Shown: positions 24,784 to 40,510 of the stretch, in pieces | How positions within the stretch are numbered: position 1 is the first letter of the stretch | Layout of the letters: each line of letters opens with the position of its first letter | Made by a program: the position numbers and the translations under genes | Notes under the pieces: generated by a model | What the model was told of the DNA's origin: nothing | What the model saw: the letters and a program-made list of their open reading frames with translations, nothing else | Database searches by the model: none | Source: Trichosphaerium sp. ATCC 40318 | Lineage: Eukaryota; Protista; Tubulinea | Assembly (NCBI GenBank): GCA_038496445.1 | Contig: JALMLS010000093.1 | Coordinates: 372,001 to 436,000 of the forward strand | DNA length: 64,000 nt | Reading direction: 5' to 3'

Positions 24784-27700
24784 ATGGCTTCGAGACCACC
24801 GCCAATACCTTCAAGGACTTCTCAACGATTTAATTCTGATTCTGCCCGCGAAAACTTAGAGTCTCCAAAGCGACCGCCTTCAGCATCCCATCCGCCAAAA
24901 ATCGCGTCTGCGCTTCCTTTAAAGAAAAATAACGCAAAAATACCCAAACGAGGCTATGGACCAATCAAAAAGCGCCCTAAAGCTAAATCTGGATTTCACA
25001 AAGTACCTAAACGCCATCATCCAAAGAAAAGACCTCATTTGAAGCAACACCCGAAATTCGCTAAAAGAGGAAAATGCCTCCATCCAAAACATGCACCACC
25101 ACGTCGTAACTCATCTACTGTGAAGCAAGCACCTAAAAAAGGGCCAAAGAAACGACAACGTTACTCAGTAGGACACGTGGACGCACCTAGAGCGCTACCA
25201 GGGCTTAAAAAGATGGCTGCACCATCAAAGAAAAAAGGACCTCCAAAGATTAACAGAAGTACAAAACCAAAGGTGAATAGAGCTTCGAAACCCAAGATAT
25301 ATGTTGCACCAAAGAAGACAGTATATCATACACCTCATGCTACTACACCAGTACAAACCTCAGCACTGCCATCAAATGATTTCGCACGTGCGTGCAAACG
25401 TCAATTTTATTTTGATTTAACAGACTATTTAGAGCCTGAAGACGACTTTTTTCATAACGAGCCTGCAGTACCTCCCAGTCTTCCCAAGCATAGTGTTGTA
25501 CCGGTTCAGTCTCATGATGTTGTAGTACCTCCTAATCCTTCCAATCACCCTGTCATACCAGTTCGTCCTCACAATGCTTCATTACATAGTAGTACACCGC
25601 AAGCTAAGCCACCAATCATTTTGCCCAAGCAAGCTGTCCCTGTGCTACCTCAAGCCCCTTCTCAAGCAGTTAACAAAGGAAATCCGTTTGTGCATAGAGC
25701 AGCACCAAAAGCTCCAAAAAGACCTTCACAACCTCCACAACAGTCTTTACAGCCTGTCATTAAACCAAAAGGACCTCCAACGCTTCCTTCTAGAGCGTCT
25801 CAAAAAAACTTGCCTCCTATTCAGCCACAACGACCTTCTTTCGCTCCTAAGCAATCGCAAGTTCCTGCTTATAAGGTACCTGCATATAAAAGACCAACCC
25901 AGAGGCCAACAAAGAAGCATAAAAAGTATCGGTTTTCTTTCAAGAACTTTATGCCAACTACGACTGTTGTTACAAGTACTGGCCCTTCTTCGTCATCAAA
26001 CGGCCCTTCAAGGCCTCCTCCAATGTCCATTGTATCTGCTTCCCCTCTTCAATCAAGTACTATGCCTTCAACAGCGCCAAGAGGAACATCACCAGTTATA
26101 GAACGTAGAAAGTTCCAAAGAAAAAATGTGTCAAGTTCACTATCTCCTTCTTGTCCTGATACTCTGGATAAAGTACACAAGATGATAAAATACGGTATGC
26201 CTTTATTACTATATTTTATTTGTATAATAACACGTTTTTTACATTAGATGAGTTCACAGAGATTGATTTATTCGCTACCAATGCACCAGGTACATTTTCG
26301 TTTTGATTTTTTGATATTTTTTTTTCCGTTGTATGTACTTTGTACAATGCGGAACAATGATTGCTGTACATATTAAATTTGTAGAGGATTTAAGCGTTAG
26401 AAGGTTCTGACTTCTTTTTTAAACATAGAGCGTGAAGGAAGGTTTGTTGATTCGTTAGCAAAGTACATTGCACAAGAAGCAACCTCTCCATTGGATATTG
26501 GTAGAGCAGTTTATGTTTGGATAGCAAGACATATTGCGTATGATTTAGACCTATTACAAGTAGTACAAAGAGGTGGCGGACATAGGGATGTCATTCCATT
26601 ACAAGTTCTACGAAATCGAAAGGTACAAACAACCCTTTTTTTTTGAAAGCGTGTTTGTAAACTAACTCCAAAGTAGACTGTTTGTACTGGATATGCTAAT
26701 CTATTTAAAGCGTTATGTGATAATCTTGGTGTTGAATGCCATGTTGTAAAGTAAGTAACACCTTTTCAGGATACAAGCTTATCTTTTAACAAGTGGGGTT
26801 GCCGCTGCTTCTCATGAATTGAAAAATCTGGGCACAGCAAAACATGCATGGAATGCAGTTAAAATAGATGATTGTTATGTACAAGTTTTTTAGACTAACC
26901 TACAGATAAGTTTCTCATCATAATATAGTACTTGTTGGATGCAACGTGGGGCGCAGGATATGTACATGAAGCAGAATTTGAATTCAAGTTTGACAATTTC
27001 TGGTTTTTCACTGATCCTGTACGTTTTTCTTGCTAAAACAATAAGTATCTGCCTATGTTAGGAGCACGTGTTAACATGAAATGACAACTTCATATTAGCT
27101 CTGCTCCATGTCCTATCCTACATTGCATCCGTAGCACTAAAACTCTAAACATAGACATTATTTGTAAAATCTCATTTCCCGAATGAAACCAAATGGCAGC
27201 TTCTCAAAGAAGTAGTAACTCAGGAAGAGTTTGACGATATGCCTGTATTTATGCCACTATTTTTTTCGAGGTACTTTTAAACCATACAAATCTTTGATAA
27301 ACGTCATGGGCGTTTCTAAAACAAAAACCTGATACTAACCTATCTATTTTTAGTAAAGCACGTTTATTAAGTCATCATAGTCGTAATGTAGCTGCTGAAA
27401 TAGGTGGCTTGACAGAGGTATGTGATGAATTATTTATTTCAATGTTAATTATAAACATAGATTGTGCTCGCTGGCCCTAATGCTGTTTCTTTCACTGCAA
27501 CAATTTCACAAATCAAAACAGACGATAATGGAAGAGAAATAGGCACTCAACGTCTTCCACAGAATGCTGTACACACAAAATATGTGAAAGGTATACTTAC
27601 ACTTATTCGAGGTGCTATCACAGAGACGAGAACCTCATAGTGACGAGAAAGATAGCTTGAAGCAAGGTGAAGCGATAACTCAGGTATCGTCTTTTTTGTT

Positions 27701-28361
27701 TTACTTTCACTTTTTTCTGAGAGTCTTCTAGTTCTTGTTCTATGTTCCTGGTCCTGGTGAATTCCTTGTTCACCTTTTTGCTGTTGAAACAAACGATGAA
27801 GGAGGGTCTTTCCACGGAGAGCTTATTTTGGAGTACCTTGTATGGGCTGATGGTAAGGAAGCTGCTTTTGACTAGAAAAAATTCTTTTAACCTCGTCCTT
27901 TTTGCACTTTGCCACTTCGATCACAATACCTAGTTGCTGTTCATTGTATTTTTTTCCTTGCTTACCTAAACATTAGGATTTGATGAGCCTGGGCTTAGCG
28001 AGTTTCCCATGCTAACTGGAGACTTTCATAAAGCTAAATTAACCTTGATTTCCCCATTACAAAAGAGACTACCTAAAGGAAGTACACAAGAATTTCAGAT
28101 ATCCAAAGGTAGTGGTATGTCTCGCGTTGGTGTACTTCAAGGGAAACAACTTACAGAACTCCACTTGGTTAACGGAACACATTTTGCTGGAAGTGTATGT
28201 TTACCAGCTTTTTTTCATTGTTGTTTTTTACAGTGCTTTGTTTCCTCTTTCTGACTTGTTTGAAGGTAACTATACAACAACTCGGGCAAGTAGTAATAGG
28301 GTCTATTGGTGGAGATGCTCGTAGTTGGTCATTAAAATCATTAGTTGCTTACAACACTTAA
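24784..28361 (+). CDS. Transglutaminase-like protein (KY/Cyk3/Hillarin family) with long Pro/Lys-rich N-terminus
   Basis: RAVYVWIARHIAYD, TVCTGYANLFKALC, HAWNAVKID, LLDATWGAG, FFTDP..SHFP..WQLL; Cys-His-Asp triad present. Confidence 0.88.
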
Positions 28362-28711
28362 AAACCAAATTCTAACCTTTTTTTCTTGCTTGTACATTTG
28401 CCAATAAACGTTATTATTTATTATGAGTTTAAGTGACAGTTTAACATACTAAGATCTTATCTGGTCAAACATAAATACTACAACTACAAGACATGAGTGA
28501 TGCAGCAGTAGCACTTCAACGACATCATATTTTTTGACTATTTATGGGCTTGTGAACCAATAGCGGAGAGCACGTAGTTGCCGTCCGTCATCCTTTTCAC
28601 GTGCACTTTGTTATCAACAGTATCCTAGCTCATAGAAACAACATACCACATGTACTTATCGTTGGTGGCGTTTTTGTGCGTTAGGATGAACAAAAAAAAA
28701 GTTGTTTTATT

Positions 28712-30020
<1,309 letters not shown>

Positions 30021-30302
30021 TTGTGATTTTGTTTATTAAACGAATTCAAGCCGACTTTTTTTTGTCTTTCGCAGGCAAGTTTGAACTGACTTTACAAACA
30101 CGTGCTAGTGCCTGTCCTCATTCTTACCGTTTAGGGATATAGCCAAAGGTATTTAAAAGCAAGGTACAGTGTGTACCGTACCTACTGTTTCTAATAATCA
30201 GAATCGCCAAACCGCTTTCACTGATTGAACTTTGTTAATTTCATGGTAAACTTAAGTATTAGTGAATAGTCTACGCATTGACAACAACGAATACTACATA
30301 CA

Positions 30303-31158
30303 ATGAAGTCAGTATATATATCAAAAAGATCAAGGATTGATGCTTCATCGTACGAGCTTGTAGTCATCACTTGGGTTAGTGTTGACATCTTTAATTAGGT
30401 GGCTTAGAAATATTGATGGTGAAGAGGATCATTATGACAGAAACTTGGCTCTTGATGAAGAAAGACGTGATACCGGTTGGTACAAACCACAAGTCCAAAA
30501 AGGATATGATTTTGAAAGAGTTTCCGAGACTATGAAGAAGAGGAAGCAAAGACGTAAAACATGTTTACCATGGAAACAACATCCAAAAATCAGTACTACT
30601 CCAATAGATACGCCAATACCACGTGATCGCTCACGTAAATGGGTATCATCTCAACCAAAACAAAGAATTCTCGGAGAACCAAGACCGTGTTCACCTTTGC
30701 TTGCAAGAAGACGCTCTGAGACTAATCTTACAAAGCGTACAATATCTAGTAATAACAAACCTTTATCTAAATCATGTGGAGCACGTACAAAGTCTCAAGA
30801 ACTTGCAGATAAAAAAAAAGTGAACAACTCTAAAACGTTATCTACCAGAACTAAAAGATCTCCTACAACGTGTACAAAGTTTGACTATCGTACTTATTCT
30901 ATAAGAGATAGCAATTCAAGCTTTACTACCATCCCCAAACCGAACTACCCAGCCCCACCACCTCCTTTGAAATCAGCTCTTTCGGACACGAATACGCAAC
31001 AACACCAATCTCGACAGCACCATAGTTTGTCAGGTCTGACTCTCGATATCTTAGATGACATGGAGCTACAAAGATCACCACTATCACCTAGTACAAAAAG
31101 GCCTTTGTCGAAGTTAAAAGTAGTGGGTACTGTAAACAAACAATTTCCAACTAAATAA
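30303..31158 (+). CDS. Hypothetical basic, Ser/Thr/Pro-rich protein
   Basis: Short exon from ATG 30303 spliced GT-AG into the 259-codon ORF; no domain recognised. Confidence 0.6.
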
Positions 31159-31294
31159 AAAGAATCTTTTTTTTAATCGCTTTTGTGACCCACTCGCTGT
31201 TGTTTTGAAAAAAGAGAAAGTTTCCAATTGCAAGGGAATTAGCATTCGTAAATCACGTGGCCATCTGGTTTTATTAAAATTGACTCAAGGCTTT

Positions 31295-33628
31295 TTATTC
31301 AATATTTTTCAGAAAACTATCTTTTAAGCTGTCTACCAACATCCATTCGACCTACAGCCAAACATTAAACTTGATTTCCTAACAAAAACCCTGAACGTAC
31401 AGCACGTGCTGGAGATAAAAGCTTGCAATTATGCTGACCTGCATCACCAGCTATAGGAAATGTCATTGAAGTAAATACAGCTGGAGACTGCACAGTAAAC
31501 ACATTCGAATTAGCTCCCTTAGTTGTTTTAGTATATCATTTGATCTAATTTATCACAATTCTATATAACTTACTTGATCGAAACTGAGCTCCGCAGCAAG
31601 CCAACTGGCACTTGAGCCTTCTACTTTGTCGTCTAAAAATTCAAGGCTTCTCCCTCTTTGTACATACCTATTGTTTGAAAAACGTATTAATTTTTGAAAA
31701 TCTTTTCGCTGTCTTTTCTGACAACAAACTGTTGGTGTACCTTTGAAGTTGCTGTGGTAGGAGTAATTTTTGAGCTACTTCAACAGCCTTCTTGTTCATA
31801 TCCATACAAGTGAGCTCGGTCCCAAAACTAGTTGGTTTTTTAAGTTCCTTCATAAGAGCTATTTGCCGTTTTGTTAAGCAGTCTACGGAAAGTGCAGACT
31901 CGATAAGTGTTGATATATCTAAAGGATTAATAGGAAACTCATTATAGTTTGATGTAATAATAGAAACTCCTCCATCCTAAAGCAAAAAAGTGTATAAGAA
32001 AAAAATAAGAATGTTACAGATAGTCAAAAATAGTACGCTGTCTTCAGTAACGTCTACATTAGATGTAGAAAAAGCCACTACACTGTTGACAGTTGATTGT
32101 GTAGTACGAAGATATTGAGTGTTATTAAGCATATTAACAAGAGTCTCTTGAGTTGATACACACCTTGGTGTGAGTGGTAAGTTCAAAATAATTGTACTTT
32201 CGAAAAATAGTACCATGAGAATCGCTCAATAGCAGTCGCTTTCCAGAACGGCTCAACGAGGACTTGAGCAGATTTTATCGAAGAAACCAAATATTGTACT
32301 GCCTGTAATATTAAATTAAATTGCAAAAAAGCCGAAGAGTCCGTTGTCATTTAAGTTTTGTACCGTTTGATTTTCGAAAAGTTGAGCATAAATAAAAGAA
32401 GAAACAGCTTCGCCTATCATAACATGCGCTGAGTAATCAGAAATTTCTGGCTTGATATCTCCCTCAATAAATACACCGTTTCCTAAGATAATATAAATAA
32501 CAACAATAGTTTTCTGCGCCAAGCCAAGTTAAAGACGGCTAAAAATGAAAATCTTCAGAAAAAACTAGTTTTTCCCTTGACTAGGTTCGAAGAGTCTCAC
32601 CTGCGAATTGTGAATTATCAACACCAGGTAGAATGACTACAGGCTTCGTTTTAGCAGCTTCTTGCAAACCAATACGAGGAATAACATCGGCAACCAATTG
32701 TTTTAAAGAAAACGCAATACGTGTCATCCGCGTCAAACCATCTATCTCAGCAGCCAAATGAAGTACCTAGCAATTGGATTATAACTAATTTACAGGTGGT
32801 AAACAAGTTGGTATGAGTGTACCGAATCAGAAAACAGAGGAAGCGACTCAGATCCATTTTTTGGCAAGTATGCTCCAAAAAGAATAAGACCAGAGAAATC
32901 TTTCTTGTAGGCCTGATAACACTGTTAGGTTTTCTCTGATAACTTGATACTTAGTGTACCCCCTTTGCTATTATTCCACCAAGGGAATGACCAGACATGA
33001 ATATATCGTTGTCAGACAATTGTGGATAGATTTTTTGTACCTTTACAGAACCATAATTAGAAAGAAAAACGAAGATCGGCTAAGTGTGAGCTAAAAGTGG
33101 GATATATCGCGTACAGCTGTTTTAATCTTGCTGATTTGAGAGTCTGCTTCAATAGGATCCGGAATATTACCAGCGAAACTAGATATCCCAACCTACATTC
33201 CAGTTATCAAGTTTTTCCCACCACTTTTGAAAAAAAAGAGTTGGTTTTCGATGTATCACGTGTTAGATCAAGTAAAAAACGAAACGGCGCGTTTCGATAA
33301 CCACGGAGTAAAAACGATTGGAGAGTCCTTGTTACACTATCACGTGGCAGAAAATGGGTGTCAGAGCGTACCCAAAGGCGAACGCTAGTTGTAGCGCTTT
33401 GAATCATCTTGGCTACGCTTAAATAATCGGTGGCCTCAACCAGAGGAGCTAAAAAGATTGTAATGGAGTAAAACTACAAACAACCGTGCCTTGGAATAAT
33501 ATTAACAGCTTTACGTCTCCTGACGCGGTAACAACAGGCGGAATAACTACTGGGTCATCGATAGCCATTGTAATGGCAAACATAGCCAACAAAACGGAAA
33601 AGACTATCAGTCTGCTTGATGTCATCAT
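31295..33628 (-). CDS. Secreted alpha/beta hydrolase
   Basis: Signal peptide; DIFMSGHSLGG nucleophile elbow; GLILFGAYL; LAAEIDGLTR; ends KLLSPARAVEWMLVDSL. Confidence 0.8.
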
Positions 33629-33811
33629 TGTACTGCCCAAATCTGGCGTGGTCTTAATATGCTGTAGGGCTTCCTTAACTCAAATACCAAAGCCTGCGGC
33701 TATACTTATATCAGCTTCACAAACGCTCACTAAACCTGTCAAACGGTTTTTCATTTGAGGCAAAAAACACGTTAAAAGCAATTGTTTCAAAAAAGCCTTT
33801 TCTCAAAGCCT

Positions 33812-36800
33812 ATGACAACCATAGGCTTTACAATAATTTTGGCACTATGCCTTGTTGGTGTAGTGGCGATACCAAGGTACAAAACGTGATCTAGAGGTTA
33901 TCTAAAATTTATTAGTGCACCAACAAGCTATAATGTGATAGGGCCGTTTCCCTATGGTATGCGCAGCGTCTAGATGTCATAACAGTAATTTTACGTTAGG
34001 ATACAGAGAAATTGGCGGAGATACTCTAAAAGCATTCGGTGACGTAAACTATGTTAATAATATGACGTTTCCGAGCGAATTAGCTTTATTTGGGAGGTAA
34101 ACCGTCAATTCACGTTAAATACGAGCTTATCAACCTATAGAACAACATGGCACGTTGCCACACAAGATAAAAACGGTCATATTAAAATATCGTTCAAAAA
34201 CGGCGACTGGGATTCTTTAAACAACGCTTTTGGCGGTGCTGGGCAGTTATGGCAAGGATGGGCTATTGGTAGCTTTGATGTTGATGTATCTGGAACGTTA
34301 GTGAACGACATGCTTTGCATTTGCCTTTTTCTAGTTCGGGCTTTTTTTTTTTATTTTTTTTTTGAAGGTACCTCATTCAATGTGTTGATTACGACTTTAC
34401 TCAAACATTCACTCAATCCATGATGTATGTCGATGATACTCTTTTTAACATGAATACTGTCGCATATACTTTCGCATGGTTCCCTGTTGTATTATCTAAA
34501 GGGACGCATAACATTCGCATTCATATCAGGTAATACTTTTTTTTATTTGATCGTGTTTGGATTGCTGAACTATTTTAAGCGGTCAAGTCGACTCTGAGGA
34601 TTTCACGTGCTCATTAGCTGCAGTAGAAAATTCTTGGATAAAGCCTATCGTCGCTGATGCTACTGTACCAGATATTGTTGGGACAGAATTAGCGTCTCCG
34701 TACATAAGTATTCCTATATTAAATACAAACACACAACTTGATTTACAAGGCACGTTGTTTAACAACACTGCTCCTAAAATTCGGTCTAGGTGTTATTATT
34801 ACCTCTTCAAATCCTTCTATACTTGTAAGAGCATCATCTAAAGATAAATTCTCTAGTGAGATGACATACAAAGTGCCAATCTCTGCTGGTCAAATTCTAC
34901 CAGTAGATTTTGAAATTCAAGTTGCATCAACAACTAACATGACCGCCTTGGATTTCACAGTAACTCCTATTTTATCAGAATCTGAAGATATAATACTTGC
35001 ACCAGTACCTGTTAGTATAAATATCAACACTATACCTTGGGGTAAAGCTTATGCATACACTTTTAGAGACTTTGACAATGTAAGGAATATTCAACTTTTT
35101 TTATTTTTCATGTTTCTGACGTTCTTTCTTTCATAGAGCGTACAGTACGCAGCTGCTTATCCTCCAGCAAATACATGTCCAAAAAGTGGATGTTCTGTTA
35201 TTCTGACTTTACATGGCGCTTCAGTAGACGCTAAATCAGGTGCATGGAAATATGCGTATCAACAGCAAAACTACACTTGGGTAACTGTTACTTTTTTCTG
35301 TTTCTTGTTTTTTTTCTAAAAGTGCTTGTAGATCATTTATCCAACGAATAGAAGAAGGCTAGGATTTGATTGGCAAGGTCCTGGTATGGACAACGCATTT
35401 TATGCTCTCGATAGCTTTATAGAAGCATTACCTGGTGTTCCAATTCTAAACAAGCCAAAATACAATGCAAATAAAACTATGCTTGTATATGCTGGACATA
35501 GTATGGGTGGTCATGGAACTCTTGAGCTCAGCACACATTATCCAGATCTTGCTTTGGCAATAGGTATTCATAAACATGTTTTATTGGTGTATTGACAGTT
35601 GTTTTAGCTCCTGCAGCTGGTTGGATAAAGTGGGAGTATTATGTACCGTTTATGATACGAGTTGGTTATGAGTAACACGTCTTGTTATTCCGTTTTTCCG
35701 GTTATACTAACATGTGTTTTTTAGCTTGATTGATCCTATTCTTCGCGGGCTATTACAGGTGCGAACAGAGAAAGGTTGGTTTGTAGTTTTCAAATACAAG
35801 CTCTACAACCATTCTTTTTCTAGTGGAGTTTTACTAAAACAAGTGTTTGTAGTCTTCAATCTCCGAGTATGACTCAGACTTGTATCTTCCAAATATTAAA
35901 GGTAAGAGTTATTATATGTGACTATACTCACGTATTAGCAATACCAACAATTGTTCGTATGGGTCAAAATGATACAACAGTTCCACCTTGGAATCTGAGA
36001 CGTGTTGTAAGTACTTTTTTTTATTTTAAGGTGTAACACAGTTAGGCTCGCGTTTTGGATGAGTTTGTTGGTAAACCTGGTTTTGTTGAGATATCTGAGA
36101 TACCAGGAGAAGGTCACTGGTTTGGTGGTGTAGTAGATGATGCAATCATGCAAGCTTTCTTTGATAAACATACAAAGACACAAGCAAAACCAGGTTTTTA
36201 TTCTTCATTTTTTTTCATTCGTTTTACTTTCACTCTAGCGCTTCCTACTTCTTTTGAAGTTCGTACTATGAATCCTGCACATACTGGATCGCGTGGAGGA
36301 ATTCTAATTTTACAACTTGGGCTACCATTCAGACGTACAAAAACCAACGATGGTTTTGATAAGTTTAGCTTATTTAATTAGTTGGTCGCGTTTTAGTCAA
36401 ACGACAAGGCTCTCAATGGCTATTACACACTGTAAATATACGTAGATTCGTATTCAAAGATGTACCTGGTATCCCTAGACCATCTTCTATAACATTCAAA
36501 GACGGGACATCTTTCTCAAACTTACCAAAGGTGACAGTCTTTAATTTCTGATGCTTAATTAACTTTGTTTTTCTGAAGTTGCCATTTCATTTTTGTAATT
36601 TGGATGGACAGAAATGGACTATTTGTAACAACTCAGATTGGACTATCAAAGAGCGTCATGCTAAAAACTATGGACCAGCAAGACAAATACTTGAAGGACC
36701 TATGTTGATAGTATATGGCACAAAAGTGCGTAACTTAGAGTTTATTTTCTAAAGTATAACTTTTCTTGCTCAGGATGAAAGTTCAATAGCTCGCTATAAG

Positions 36801-37386
36801 CGCTATGCAACATGGCTTGCTAATGATTTATACTTAACTGGACATTATGCTATTCAAGTTATAGCAGATAAAGACTTACAAACATCTGAAGCCAGTGAGT
36901 ATAACTTGATACTGCTTGGTTCTGTTCAAGACAACTCGTGGATAAAGAAACTCAATCCGACATTTCCAATTGATCTACAAGAAGATAAAATAACACTTGG
37001 AAGACATAATTTTGAAGGAAAGGGAGTAGGTGCTATATTCCTTTCGCCATGGGAGAAACAGTTAGCGTAAGGACATAGTAGAACCAAAAACTCTTATTCC
37101 TCTTTTTTTCTTAATATTTGATAATTTCGTTGTAGTCTTGTTGTTACTGGTCTTGATGAACAAGGATTTTCTTCAGCTTTTTCTTATTTTCCACTTCATA
37201 CTGGTGTAACTCTCCCTGATTTTATAATTATGGGTGACACATTTCCATGGGCAGGTTCGTATTAGCCCAAGTTATAAATTGTGATCTTATGATATAAACA
37301 AAATAGGTGACGCCGGTATTCTTGCTGCCGGGTATTGGTCTAATGAATGGGGAATAGATGACAGGATAATGTATATTGCTGCTTGA
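33812..37386 (+). CDS. Large secreted alpha/beta hydrolase (peptidase S9/esterase-like)
   Basis: Signal MTTIGFTIILALCLVGVVA; LTLHGASV, YPTNRRRLGFDWQG, YAGHSMGGHG, PAAGW, GQNDTTVP, EIPGEGHWF; TGA at 37384. Confidence 0.85.
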
Positions 37387-37815
37387 ATAGTCAACAATAG
37401 GCAGTGTAGTAATAAACTTCGGAGAACTCCATTAACAACATCTAATACTAATTCAAACAAACTGAATGTTACTTATTTTAAACTTTAACCGGCTACTGCC
37501 GTCGATTATACTTTAAATGACCATACTGACTCATTTTAAGGAGTGATACAAACAAAAAGCAGTTACTTTACTTGACAAAGAAGCCGGAGAGTGAATTCCA
37601 GAGGAGAACGCCAACAAAAAAGTTGCGAAAAAAAAAATCTAAAGTCAACAACAACAAGGTTGGATACCAGTACACAGTTACACGGACCAATGACATGCGT
37701 TCACTGTTGACGGGTAAGACAAAGAAAGTAAGAGTTATACAATTACTGCTAGGTGAAACAAAAATTCTTTATTATGCTTGAGCTACTTCGTTTTCTGTAT
37801 AATTCTTTTATGCCA

Positions 37816-38450
37816 TCATCTGTTATCATTGAAGTTTCCGATAATTTTGTGCGCACCAGCCAGAGCTTTCATACCTTCATATGTTATATTTGTATTTACT
37901 AAATTAATGCTATGCACACCAGCCAAGGCTTTGATACCTGAATCTGTTATTGATTTACAATAGCACAAGTTGATAGTGTGTACACCTGTCAACACTTTCA
38001 AACCTTCATCTGTTACATTGGTATACGACAAATTAATGCTATGTACACCTGCCAAGGCCTTGATACCTGTATCAGTCACATTGCTACGGGATAAATTAAT
38101 CGTGTGTACACCTGCCAAGGCCTTTATGTGTTTATCTGATACGTTAGTAGCTGTGATCACGATATTTAAACCTGCAAGCAAAAGCAGTTGTGTACGTGGG
38201 AAACTATGATATCGATGAAAAGAAATTTTGGTGTTCTTCAGTAAACGACTACCAGATATAATTCTCAGTTCATCTTTGTTTCGAATAGCTATTGAACCGT
38301 ATCCAATATGGCTGTGGACAATATCGTGGGAAAATGGCATGTTTGGGCTGCATGGAGTGTGTATGTTCGTTGTTTAAGAATATGAACTATCAGTTCTATT
38401 GGGAGGGCAATAAGGTCAAAGACAGGTTGTTTTGTCGGGCTTTTTTCCAT
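37816..38450 (-). pseudogene. Intronless F-box/LRR gene with one frameshift near 38330 (pseudogene or sequencing error)
   Basis: ATG 38450 gives MEKSPTKQPVFDLIALPIELIVHIL..AAQTCHF (F-box-like); the adjacent frame continues into 21-22-aa repeats VTDTGIKALAGVHSINLSYTN. Confidence 0.7.
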
Positions 38451-38886
38451 TTTATACAGTTACAACTGCCGTTAAGAGCCAACGCACACTATTAGGATAC
38501 AGTAAATTTATCGCCACGTGTTACAGGTGCAAAGAAAGTATAAAGGCGTTATATTGTCGTGATGTCTTGTTGAGACTCAGGACGTGTTGTAAGGTAGGAA
38601 AGGTAAGGAGAAATCTGTTTTATTACAGTTTTCATGGTTAGGTAGGTCAACGTAGATTCAAGGTTCACATCACTCCGACAGTGAGCTTGTTAATCTTTTG
38701 GCATAGTGGTTTGTAAGATGCGACACAAAAACAAGCGAAGAATAACGTACACGCCTCAGAATAAATAATAAGAATAAAACAGGATTATCAAGAAACAACA
38801 TGTGTTCCCCCAATAAGTATTGGCTGCAGGTGTAAAAGTGAATTTTTGCAATGAAGTGATTGTTTATTGAATTTCTTGTGCTCTCT

Positions 38887-40510
38887 TTAACACAATTTAT
38901 CGTATACGTCAGAATGAGAAAATCCTGCTTTTGTGCCACCGCCTGCAACGTGAATGCAACCCTAGGAATAAACTTGTTAATACTCCACTACCATTACTTC
39001 TTCTTTTACATGATGGAGTATTGGATAAGAACCGTGTCTTGGAACACGCATTGGTCCCAAACGCCATTGGTTTGTATCAGGATTGTATACATCAACTCGG
39101 TTATAGACATTCTCACTTGTTGCATTAGCTCCAGTTCTAGTTTCTCCTAGATTGAAAAAAAATTGTTAATCTATCATCGCTTAATTTTTGTTTAAACACG
39201 TGACAGGTACCTCCGATTATGTAAAATTGTTTATCTTTATACACAGCACTACCCATCCCACCTGAATTTGTTATTATGTTACGACAACAAGTTATTTAAG
39301 TGTACCTCTTCTTTGAGGTATTGGAGCGAGGTTTGAACCTGGATCTTCACTTGTAATCCATTCATCTGTTTTTGGATCATATACTATTTTTAGATATTAG
39401 TAATACGGTACACTTGAATCTACACTACAAAATAACATACCTTGTACTGTATCGAACCCATTTGCTACTATATTTCGTACAATGCGCCCTCCAAAAACCC
39501 ATATTTTTTCTCCTGTGAAGAGCATTAGCTAGTTTGCTCGTATTGGAAAGTAAAAAGTTAGGTTACCATCTGTTGTAGATGCAGCATGGTTGCGCCCATA
39601 AGGCATTGACTTAAAAGGTACCCATTCATCGTCACCTGTTTAGATAAGGTTATTTTTTGCACGTGATTTTTTGGTTCAACTTACCGCTTTTAGTGTCGTA
39701 TTTTGCGCATTCGTCTGTTGTTCCAGTTCCACCTGGGTTACTTCCTCCGTTGAAGCCTATGATACCGCCACAAGCATAAATCACGTCGTCTAAAGCTACG
39801 ACACATACGGAACCTCCTTCCCAAGGTAGCCTAATTTACAAAAAAGAATTAAAAAAGCGATAAAAACCAAAGAAGCCTCACCCAGCCGCAGTCCTCCACG
39901 TGTCCGTTTCTGGATCGTATATTTGCATTGTACCATATGATTTATCTCCCATACCGCCTACAAGATACCACTCGCCGTTAACAACCGCAGAACCGTGGTG
40001 GTTCCCTAAAAAGATGATTACATCTTGCGTCGTGTATGCAGTAACAGCATTTATTACCTTTATGTATCCTGGTAGCTACAAAATCCCACTTGTTAGTGCT
40101 GAAATCAAACACCATGGTCTCAGTGTTCGTCTAATAACCAAAGCGATCAGAATCGTTGGTGAGCGTTCCCGCTTTTAACAAAAAAACATACCTCTCCAGC
40201 GACATACATCTTGTTGTTTATTACTGCTGACGCAACTTCTCCAGCAGATTTAGGCATAGTGGGCATATTAAACCATTCGTCGTTAACACTAAAAAGGGGT
40301 ATTAATAAGAATAACACCATACGAAGCGATTATGGATAGATAAGGTAGAAAAAAGAAAACGTGCCGGTTGAAGGTAAAGCTGAACACGTGAGGACCGTAA
40401 TTATTTAGCATTACCCAACTGGCAGCTACAGCAATGGCACAAAGTAGAATCAATGTTATTTTAGTAACCAAGTGCAGGTTTTGTGTAAAATCATCTGGTT
40501 TGTTCTTCAT
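38887..40510 (-). CDS. Kelch-repeat beta-propeller protein with N-terminal signal anchor
   Basis: Kelch units with GG doublets and Y-D/N-P..W (WYLVGG..IYDPETDTW, IYACGG, IWVFGG, IHVAGG). Confidence 0.88.
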
